Assembly: GCF_963921235.1 (NCBI RefSeq)
Contig: NC_086106.1
Span: forward strand, 25,792,001-25,856,000
Source: Mobula hypostoma
Lineage: Eukaryota
Reading direction: 5' to 3'
Length of the DNA stretch: 64,000 nucleotides
The translations under genes and the position numbers were made by a program. Below, piece after piece: positions 49,339 to 60,044 of the stretch. Each line of letters begins with the position of its first letter. Within the stretch, counting starts at the first letter, position 1. The notes beneath the pieces were generated by a model. It worked only from the letters and a program-made list of their open reading frames with translations. It ran no database searches and was not told the origin of the DNA.

Positions 49339-52173
49339 GCTTCCTCTCTTTCTTTCACTTTGTTCCCTCCTCTCCCCACTCTACCTCTCGCCATCTATCT
49401 ATTTATCTATCGTTCTCTCGTTATCTTCGTCTCCCTTTCTCACTCCTTTGTTCAATTCCAACCTACTTCTCTCTCTCGTTCTAACTCCGGACATTCATTT
49501 CTATTTCTCTGTTTATCTACATGTTTGAACGCTCTAACAACTCACTCTCGCTTTCTTTGCCATTCTGCCACTGCTCTATCCTTTTTCACAGCATGTCACT
49601 CCATGCTAACCAGCGTATCCGCGACGATTCCTCCCAGTCATCCGCAAAGTTGTGACTTTCCGCTGCTGCTGTTATCTAACTTATTATTAGCCTTTTAAGT
49701 TATTGACGAAATACCTTTCAATCTTCCAGAACCCTGTTGGATATGTCTTGTCAATAGCACATCAAATATCTATTCCCAGGGGCGAGCTGGGATTAAATGT
49801 TTAACTGACATGAAAGACTCCGGCAAGAGCCGGCAAACATTGCGAACATTGAGGTGTCCAGATCCCGTATCGCCGTGGAACGTTGGTGCTGAACTGCGGA
49901 AATCTATTTAGTGGATTCCGGCACGATTCCCTCGAAGTTATTTAAGCGGAACGTCTTTGCCCAGAGACACAAAATATTACTGGACTGTCTTCGCGTAGAA
50001 CAGTATTTCCTGTCAGGAATATTTTCATCGGTTTTCCAGAATATTGAACGCACGACAAACAGGTTCTGCCAGATTCCAAGTGACTGAAGCTCAGTGACCC
50101 GGTTTGCCCTTCCATGGTCATTAAATCTCACCTTCTGAGGTTCACGAATCTGCATCACTCGCCCTTATATCAAACCCCGAATATGTGAGGGGCGCCTAAA
50201 CCCAGTGACCTTTGGAGGGTACGCTCTGACGCTTTGCCAGATTCATCAAACAGAGTAGTAAGTACACAGAACATCCCAGTGGGAACTTGGTGATTTGAAT
50301 AAAATAAACAGAGGAAGATTTGAAGATGTTACCCCGATAAAACAGAAGTTACTCAGGTAAGTACAGCAACAGACTTTCCGGGAGACTCGGGGCTTTCGTT
50401 TCGATGTATCTTCGTTCTCCCTCTCTCTTCCTATGTTCCGATGGGAGAATTTACTGCCGATTGCCTGTCGGGGATATTGGAATTAGAAGAATGCTTGACT
50501 GTAACATCGAAACAGCGACTGCTTTCTCCTCTCTCGCTTTCGAACAAACCATACCAGACTCTCCCTTGTCAGTGTGAGAGACAGAATGCCTGTGGGACGG
50601 TGGCTGGTGGTGGAAATGCTAATGCTTTATATTACAATGAGTGACAGAAATAGAAGCGGGTTAGGTTAATGTTGCTGGCCGCTGATTTTCGAGAGATGTG
50701 GCAGTGGGCGTTCAACTACTTACATTTTTCTGACATTGATGCTTTGGGTTTTTGTTCTGTATTAAGAATATCTGTGGAGACTATATATTTCAGGTTATGT
50801 ATTGTGTCCATTCTCTGATTTTAAACGTAACTGTTTAAGCATGCTTGGCATTCTTTTCGCAGTACCCTGTTATATCTGACAACAGCAAAATATATAATAA
50901 AACGTAAACCAGTTTGGGGTATCTGTAAGTGTCTGTAAAGTGAAGGGATACTAAGGCTATCCTTCATTAGTTCATAAAAATATCGGTTAAGTGGGGAAGT
51001 GGCGATAGCTGTGTAATGCAGAGTGCCTATCGTGGCACCCTGCGATATCTGGTGCTATTTCACCATGGATCCAATTGGATTCCGACAATTTCGATGCTGT
51101 CAGCAAATACTTCTGTGCTCAGTTTCCACATTTTGCGCGTTACCAAGTGTTACACTACCTGCAAAAGACGTTCTGGGTAGCATGTGCCCGTGATCGGAGT
51201 ATCACTGAGTGTGTACGTTAAGAGGAATGTGCAACAATTGGACCGATAAATCAGTTGACTATAAGACCATAAGAATCGAGGAACGGAATTAGGCCAGTTG
51301 ATCTATCGAGTCTCCTCCACCATTTCAGAAGAGACAGTGTGGTATTGGAATCCTTCGACACAGTAAACATATATTTAATATAAGAGGTTCAAAAAATCGA
51401 AGTATACCTTTGGAAACAGAAGCTATCACTTTGTGCTCCCTCGGTAGTAATCTGATGTTCCCTCTCTGTGTCTCTTCGATCGTGAGGTGATTCAAAGTTC
51501 TAAAAGCAGCAATAGATTATTTCCTCTGCAAGAATATTGAACGGTAGGGTGAAATTGAATCCCAATCCCATCCACCTCGGTATGACCTTCCTCTTTATTC
51601 ATGCCTGCACTACATTTTTATACGGCTCTTACAATTTATTTTTGTATTCTTTTATTGTTTAAATTTGCACTACCTCTATCAGGGGTGTAGTGAATTCATC
51701 TGTGAAAACCGAATCAAGGCAATCATGTGACAATACTAAACAAAATTCCTATCCAATTTACATACGTAGCGAACTTCACCTGGAAATAAAATTATATCAC
51801 TTAAATCCGGTTGGGAAAGTAGATTATTCAAGCAATCATCCTGTTGTGATCCCATTCCCTCTCTCCTCTCTCGCGCTCTTTTACACGGAAAATGCTTTGA
51901 AAAATATAAATCTTGGAGTAGCATGCGATCACGTATATGTAGTTTAATCATAATTTCACTTTAAATATTGAAGCTCTTTCCCACAGCAACGACCAAAATA
52001 GTATCTGCATTTTCTGTCACGCTAAGCATCCGCTGGTTGTGTCGCATTATCTAAATTCTCAAAATATACAATAAGTAGTTTTTCCAACAACCTGACTTTC
52101 ATTAGCGTGTCCCTTGCAATTCTTCATCAATCGGAAAACCACAAACTTTCTCACCATCTGGTGCCCTTTAGTC

Positions 52174-54838
52174 CAGTGGACCCCAAACACCGGTCGCGGA
52201 CCTGTACCGGGCCGGAAAGCATGTGCTACCGTGCCAAGGGGAAACGATAAGATTTGTCGATATGAAACCATATGAGTCAGCTGCACCTTTCCTCATTCCC
52301 TGTCACGCCCACTGTTGAACTTGAACGCACCCGAGTTCATTACTCACGCGAGGACACCAGTTGGTCAATCACCTGCAAGTACTCAATGAGTAAAAAAGCA
52401 AACGTCGCTTGAGAGTTTCTTTGAAATAGATGGTAGCAGATATAAAAGGGCCTAACGATGACGGTAACGCAGAGACAGCTGAGGCCGACACTGCAAAAAA
52501 AAAACAGAAAACTTCGTTCAACAGAAAATGGTGACTCGCACGATCCAAGCCCCCTGTGTGTGATTTGTGGCGACAAGCTGTCTAATGAGGCAATGAAGCC
52601 CTCAAGACTGCTTCGGAAACTTGAGTCGAAGCACCCTGCATTTAAAGACAAAGCCGTTGAGTTATTTGAGCGGGAGAAACGTGAGCAAGCGGAACAGAAG
52701 CAAGGGCTGAGAACCACCACATCCACAAACGCTGCTACTCTGAGAGCGTCGTACTGAGCGGCTAGCCGGAATGCAAAGGCTAGGAAGCCTTTGACTGTCG
52801 GTGAAGAATTGATTCTGCCTGATGCCAATGACATATGCTGTGAACTGTTGGGAGACCCTGCAGCTAGCAAGATGGCACAGATTTCTCTTTTAGCTACCAC
52901 AATCTCAAGGAGAATCGATTACATAGGGGAGGACATTGAAGCACAGCTGTTTGAACGGTTTAACTAATCTGGTTTCACTACCCGAGTCAAATAGGTTGCA
53001 CCTGAATGACAGTCTACACAGTGTGTCACACACAGGGAAATGCTGGCCAGCCGAAAAATGTCGCCTGACCTTAACAGCGTATTGAGTGACGTTGTTGAAG
53101 TTATCAATCACATCAAAGCAAAAGCCCTGACCTCACGTCTGTTTGAGCAGCTTTGCGAGGAAATGGATTCAGAGCACAAACGCCTTCTCTTACACACAGA
53201 AGTCAGGTGGCTATCAAGGGGGAGCGCCCTGGCCAAGTCAGGTGGCTATCAAGGGGGAGCGCCCTGGCCAGGGTTTTCGAGAGGGAAGGGCGGCTACAGA
53301 TATTTATTTCGAGAAAAAAAGTCTCCACTGGCAGCACACTTCAGTGACGAGGAGTGGACAGCAAAACTCGCGTATCTGTGTGACATCTTCAACCTGCTCA
53401 ATGAACTCAATTTGTCACTTCAGGGAAGAATCACAACTGTCTTCAAGCTGGCAGATAAAGTGTCTGCTTTCACAGCTAATCTGGAACCGTGGGACGGCGA
53501 GTGGACAGGGGCATATTTGACATGTTCCCAACATTAGCGGGGAATTTGGGAGAAACTGAGGCTCACAGCTGGTGCAGGATCACCTAACTTCGCTGTCGAC
53601 AGAATTAGAGTGTTACTTCCCAACCTCAAATGACCCAAGACGTGCAAAGCAATGGGTCCGTGACCCATTTGTGAATGTCCCTGGGGAATCATCTATGTCA
53701 GCGCGAGAAGAAGGTCCACTCATCGAGCAAGCAAATGACGGTGGGCTGAAAAGTATGTTTGACGTAACATCCCTTCCAGCATTCTGGATCAAAGACAAGG
53801 CTGAAAAGACTGTGACAGCCACGAAAACACTGAAAACGTTGCTTCCATTTCCAACATCATATCTCTGCGAAGCGGAGTTTTCTGCAATGAATGCATTAAA
53901 ATCTAAATTGCGGAATAGACGGGACATAAGGAACCCCCTTATAATTGACCTATCACTATATTCATGCGAGGAAAATATGCGCTGTGTGTTTAATATTAAA
54001 TTCGTTAGATAAACCCCTTTAGAAACGAAATTGAGTGATTAGATTAGATTATTAGATTGTGAGGACACACAGTCCTCTTTTATTGTCATTTAGTAATGCG
54101 TGCATTAGGAAATGATACAATATTCCTCCGGTGTGATAACACAAAAACACAGGACAGACCAAGACTGAAAGAAGAACAAAACCACATAATTATAACATAC
54201 AGTTACAATAGTGCAACAATACCATAACTTTTTGAAGAACAGTCCATAGCACAGTAAAAAAGGTCGAAGTTTCTCGAAATTCCCACATCTCCTGCAGACG
54301 GAGCAAAGAAGAAAACTCTCCCTGCCATACCCGACTGCACTCCGACTCTGAGTCGCCCGAAAACTTCGAGCTCTGATCAGCCCCAAGAACCATCTCTGTT
54401 CGAAAGTTCCGAGCTCAGCCTCGTTCGCCAGCAGCAGGCAAAGCCGGTGATTTTGGGGCCTACCCTTCGGCGATTCTCGATCGCACAGTAACAACAGCAG
54501 CGAACCAGGCATTCCAGAAATTCTCCAGATGTCCTCTGCTTCACACGCCTGTCTTCATCAAATCCGAATTGTCCACGGCCCCCATTTAACGGATACGATA
54601 TCATTTTCACCGGAGAGCCGCGCCCGCGTCGCGCTGCCATCTTCTCCTCCCGCCTGAGCGTATTATTCACTGACAGAGAATATTAGATTGAGTCAATAGC
54701 CACTGATAAATGACTTAGAGTTGACGTATGACCTATACTCCGGTCGCCACCCCATCCCCCCCACCCCCGTCGGCCAGTCCGCAAGAATATTGTCAATATT
54801 AAACCGTTCCGCAGTGCAAAAGAGGTTGGGGACCCCTG
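52174..54838 (+). mobile_element. hAT/Buster-family DNA transposon, internally deleted (paralog of 23422-26295)
   Basis: TIRs cagtggaccccaaac / caggggtccccaacc; BED-finger remnant (LCVICGDKLSNEAMKPS) and broken transposase. Confidence 0.9.
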
Positions 54839-56490
54839 CTCTACCAAACCCAAACTTGTGAGAGGCGCCGTATCCTTATGGGTTGAGTTAAGAAACTGCG
54901 AGGGTGACGGAACCCTACTTGCAGCTACATACAAGCCTCCCGACAGCAGGCAGAATGTGGAGCACAGATTACAAGAGGAAATAGAAAAGGCGTCTCAAAG
55001 GGTAATGTTATGATAGTCATGGGAGATGTCAACATGCAGGCTGATTGGCAAAGTCAGGTTAGATATGGATCTCAAGAGAGTGAAACAGCATTTTAGAGAA
55101 GATTGTCCATCACCCTGCACGGCGATCAGTTGTACAGGATTGGGTGTTGTGGAATAAACTGGCGATAATTAGTGACCTTAGGATAAAAGAACAATTTCAA
55201 GGCAGTGATCCAAATACGACTGAGTTCAACTTGAAATTTGCCAGTGAGAAAGTAACGTCTGACGAAGCAGTATTGAAGAACAGGAAAGGAATTTTCAGTG
55301 GCATGAGAGGGGAGTTGGCCAACGAATTCAGAATGCAGGACTAGAAAGGACAGGCTGCAAGGGTGGACAACAGAGCAGTGAGTGCGTGAATTTCTGGGGA
55401 AAATGAGAAAGGAGCCCGATAGCTGTATCCAAAAAATGAGGATATACGCAGATGGAAAAGTAGTACAACCGTGGCTGACAAGGGGACTCAAAGCTAATGT
55501 AAAAGCAAAAGAGCGGGTATACAACTAAGCAAAAATTAGTAGCAAGACAGAGGATCAGGAAGCTTTCAAAACCCGAGAGTAAAACTAAAAGAATCATTTG
55601 GAGGAAAAAGATGATATATGAGCGCACACCAGCAAACAATATCAAAGTGGATAAAAAAGGTATTTTCAAGAACGTAAAAAAAAAGTGAATTGAGAGTGCA
55701 TATCGAAAGCAAGAAAATGTGGCCGAAGAAATAATGCTGGGGGACAAGTTGATGGCAGATGAACGATATGAGTATTTCGCAACAGGCTTCACTGTGGAAG
55801 ACCCGAGCAGCGGGTCAGACGTTGAAGGGTGCAAGGGAAGACATCTGATTGCAATTACAGTTACAAGGGTGAAGGTCCTCAAAACGCTGAACGACAGAAG
55901 GGCATATAAGTCATCCGAACAACATGAACTGCACCTTTGCGGCCTTAAAGCGGTAGCGGTAGAGATTGCGGAGGCATTAGGAATGATTTTTCAAAATCAT
56001 TGTCAATGATAAAGATGATGGAATATATGGCTGTGTTGCGAAGTTTGTAGATGATACAAAGACTTGTGGAAGGATAAATCGTTCTGAGGAAACATGCAGG
56101 CTACAGAAGGACAGAAAGATGAGGGAATGGGCAAGAGAGTGGTCGCGAAGTACAATGCACCAAAACGCATGTCATGCATATTGGTATAAGAAATAATTAT
56201 GCAGACTATAATGTAAAAGTCCAAAAATCCACGATGTAGGGAGACTTGGAGGACCCAAGTGCAGAACACCCTGACAGCTAACTTGCCGGTAGAGTCTGTG
56301 GTGAGAAAGGAAAATACGATCTTAGCATTCCTTTCAAGATGTCCAGAATACATGGGCAGAGACGTAATGCAGAGGATTTATAAGAAACGTGAGGCCACAT
56401 CTTGAGCATTGTAAACAGTTTTGGGTTCCTATTCTAACAAAAATATAGTGGCATTGGAAACGGTTCAGAGGACAGTCACATGGATGACAC
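54839..56490 (+). mobile_element. Old degenerate CR1 LINE
   Basis: Collinear with 26296-27740 plus 30664-30900. Confidence 0.75.
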
Positions 56491-56587
56491 TGTGAGTCCC
56501 GCAGGCAAATCAGCTTTCCAACTAACTGAAAAAATGTCGTCAATAATTTCTCCCCTTTCCCCTGAAGTTTCGCCTGCTTAAATCAAT

Positions 56588-56653
56588 CACGTGACAGTAG
56601 TGGCTATGTGTTTGCGCTCCGGCTGTCTTTCGGCAAAGGGCTCCCTCTAGCGA
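56588..56653 (-). promoter_or_regulatory. E-box + CTCF-like motif downstream of RSS
   Basis: CACGTG 56588-56593; gctccctctagcga 56640-56653, 23 bp beyond the nonamer. Confidence 0.65.
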
Positions 56654-56676
56654 ACGCTCACTGCATCACGGAGGTC

Positions 56677-56715
56677 GGATTTTGTCTAGAGCCGTCATCG
56701 CCTTGCAACACTGTG
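56677..56715 (-). other. 23-RSS of intact V at 56.7 kb
   Basis: Consensus CACAGTG (56715-56709), 23-bp spacer, ACAAAATCC (56685-56677). Confidence 0.95.
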
Positions 56716-57148
56716 GGTATCATAGCACAAAGATAAACGGCGGAGTCCGACACAAGAGCACCAGAGATGTTGAAATGGGCTGCCTTGCTGCCACGCTGCC
56801 AACCAGCGGTAAACCTCGCTGGACATTCTGGATGCCGTTCCATCTTGCCAGTGCTATATACCTTCAGCAAATATCTTGGAGATTCCACGCGATGCTGAAC
56901 GTACCAAACAATCGATTGAGGATTGCCAGTGTAATTACAGTTCAGTGTTCCAATTTGTTTTTCCGCAATCGATAATTCAAAAGGCCATTGTGTCACCGAA
57001 TCTTTTCCATTTGTTCCTGTAATAAAAGGACAGAATGCATGAACAGATCGGGCTTTCTTCGGACTGACGGAACAGATATAGGGCGTTACCGCGGAGACTC
57101 ACCGGGCAGCATAGTCAATATAATCAGCAGATAACACAGAGAATTCAT
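56716..57148 (-). CDS. TRAV: Intact TCR alpha/delta-type V gene segment, family C (leader 57148-57103, V exon 57016-56716)
   Basis: MNSLCYLLIILTMLPG/TNGKDSVTQWPFELSIAEKQIGTLNCNYTGNPQSIVWYVQHRVESPRYLLKVYSTGKMERHPECPARFTAGWQRGSKAAHFNISGALVSDSAVYLCAMI; GT-AG 86-bp intron; consensus heptamer. Confidence 0.93.
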
Positions 57149-57769
57149 GGTGGCTGGCTTCAAATTCGATCGGTAGACAGCTTACTTTCAACAAGTTGAT
57201 ATCCTTGACCGATATAGAAGAGTAAAATCAGATCTGCAGCATATTCCAGCTGGCGTAAATATTGGGGTGTTGCCCTGCCAATGCATTGATTGGCTGTGAG
57301 CACTGATCTGCGCCGGTCGGAGCACCAATCACAGATCGGTTTGTTTCAGTCCTCTATATGTTTTTACAAATCAGACGCCCGGAGCTGTAAATAGCGTCGC
57401 GCTAATCACTGTGTGAGAGTGATCATACTTCACTCTCCACACCCCCCCCCATGTTTATCGCTCTACTCTCTTTTCTATCGATCACCATCTCCCGCTCCCT
57501 CACCTCTATCTAGACAGAGCAGCCATTAAAATAGCAACAAGCACGAAGATGATTCGGTGTCTGTATTAACTTCAAAAATAGGATATTATCAAATTGTGAC
57601 CCAGGTAAAGGTAATTACGTCACATCAGGAGCATCAGAGGCTCGGGGGAGTCACGCACCCCTTCTCTCGAACAGGATGGGTATGTGGTCTATGATGTGCC
57701 TTCGACTCGACTGGAGATTGACTCCATATCAACTTCCCTTAGAGCTTCATTTTTTCGCCTCTTACTTTG

Positions 57770-59635
57770 CATAGTGTAGTAGATGGCAGTTGTGTTTTCT
57801 TCATGGCAGATGTTGGAGACCTAAGAGATCCAGAGACTCCCAGGGAACTACATCTGCAAGGAATGCATCTGGCTGAAGCTCCTTGAAGACCATGTTAGGG
57901 ATCTGGAGTGACCAGCTCAATGACCTTCGGCTTATACGGCAGAGCGAGAACATAATCCATCGGAGTCATAGGGAAGTAGCCACCGAAAAGCTGCAGGAGG
58001 CATGTGGCTATTGGACTACCAGGAGAAATGGAAATCTGAATAGACAGTTAGAGCAGAGCCCATCTGTGATCATTCCTGTCAATAGTAAGAATATTTTATT
58101 TGGATACCGATGTGGGAAATGAACTCCCAGGGGAATACCAGGGAGACAGGGCTACTGCCACGGACCAGAGGGCCATGCTGCAGATGGGAAAGAGGAATAA
58201 TAAGGGAGCAGTAGCGATAGGGGACTCTTCAATCATGGGAACAGACAGGAGATTCTGTGGACGTGAACACGACACGCTGATGGTATGCTGCCTCCCAGGT
58301 GTCAGTTCTGAATCTCGTCCACGACATTTTAGAGAGGGAGGAACAGCATCCAGATGTCCTGGTACACATTGGCTCCAATGACACACGAAAGAAAAGCACA
58401 GAGATCCTGAAAAGGGTATTTGCAAAGCAGGGAAGAAGGTACTAGCAGATGTTGACGGGTACGAGCGAAGTACAGTTACTATTACAAGGCTCAAAGAGCC
58501 GAACGAGCTAAGTCACCCGTACCAGATGCACTGCAACCTCTGGTTCTGAAAGAAGTAGTAGCACTACCTGTTTTGTAGGAGGTAGCGAATAGAACTATAA
58601 TATTCCGGTTGGTTGCCTGTGACAAGTGGTGCTTCGCAAGTGTCCGTGCTGGGAGTAATCTTTTTTTTATGCTCTACATCAATGATTTAAATGATAGAAT
58701 CCTTCGCTTTCTTACCAGATTGCAGACAATACGAAGACTGATGAAGGGTCGGGGTGTATTGATAAAACAGGTAATCTGCAGAAAGTCTGAGACAAATGAC
58801 AAGAATGGGGAAGAGAGTGGTAAGTGAAATATAATCTTGGAAAATGCATGGTCATGCATTCGGTTGCAAGAAATAACTGTGCAGACTATTTTCTGAACGT
58901 GGACAAAAGCTAAAACTAAGACGTGCAAAGCTGCAACGGGGCTTGGTAGACCCTGTGCAGAACACCCTAAAGGTTAATTTTCTCCTAGAGTCGACGGTGT
59001 GGAAGAGAAATCCAATGTTAGCACTCATTTCAGGGGATCGAGAATACAACAGTAGGGATGTGATGATGACGCTTAAAAGCACTGGTGAGACCCCATTTTG
59101 AGTATTACGAACAGTTTTGGGCACCACATTGAAGAAAAAATCCGCTCGCATGTATGATTCCAGTAATGAATGTGTTATCATACGAGGAAAGATTGATATT
59201 TATGAGTCTGTGTCCGCTGGAATTTAAGAGGATGATGGGGATCTCATGGAATCCTTCCTAATGTTGAAAGGCCCAGACAGAGTGGATGTGTAAAGGATGT
59301 TTCATATGGTGAGGGAGTCTACGACAAGAAGGCAAAGCCTCAGGAGAGACGGTCGTCTTTTCAATACAGAGATGCGGAGAAAATCCATCAGCGTGACTGT
59401 GGTGAATTTGTTGCATTATTTCGCACGGACAACTGTGGAGGTCAGATAGTTGGGTATGCTTAAGGCAGAGCGTGATATGTTTTTGATTGGCCTTGGTATC
59501 AAAGGTTCCGAGGGGAAGGCCTGTAGTGGGCTGAGGAAGGGTCAATCAATCAGCCATGATTTAATGGCGGAGCAGATTCGATTGGCCAAATGCCCTAATT
59601 CTTCTTCGAAGTTTTACGGTCTTATCCTCTCTTCC
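57770..59635 (+). mobile_element. Degenerate, internally deleted CR1
   Basis: Paralog of 33030-35295 (GAVAIGDSSIMGTDRRFCG). Confidence 0.78.
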
Positions 59636-59887
59636 AAAATGGGCAAGTTTTAGCGGAATTTCAGTTTTTCGCTTTCGACCCTCTTTGGGTGTCTTCTTCT
59701 TGCTGTATCCGTACCATAATATGTGACGTTCTCTTCTTTGTCTCCCTTAATCACTGTAATCGCCTGTTTCTTCCCTTGTCTGCTCATTCGCTGTACCCTG
59801 CTCTTTCCGTTTCTCAATTTATTTCTTGTCCTCCACTTTTCTCTCTGTCGTTCGTTCTCACACTTTCCATTCCCCTTTCTCGCACTC

Positions 59888-59957
<70 letters not shown>

Positions 59958-60044
59958 GCTCTGTATCTATCTATCTCTCCTCTATCTACGGGATGTTCCT
60001 GACTGGGTGAACGACATCCTGCTACGAGAGGGAAAGCAACCAGA

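Larger units (their letters stand above)
46000..59700. repeat. Segmental duplicate of approximately 11000-35300 with internal deletions
   Basis: Collinear blocks: 46.0-50.4 kb ~ 11.0-14.7 kb; 50.45-52.17 kb ~ 15.97-17.79 kb; 52.17-59.7 kb ~ 23.4-35.3 kb minus the nested CR1. Boundaries are approximate, by eye. Confidence 0.8.

Noticed and set aside
53199-53271. ~36-bp tandem duplication in the transposase
   Set aside because: Ordinary slippage in a dead element.
56654-56668. Conserved TGCA(G/A) about 7 nt from the CTCF core as the CTCF upstream (ZF9-11) motif
   Set aside because: Conserved in families A and C and the orphan module, but the spacing is shorter than the ~12-13 nt I expect for that motif; left unassigned.
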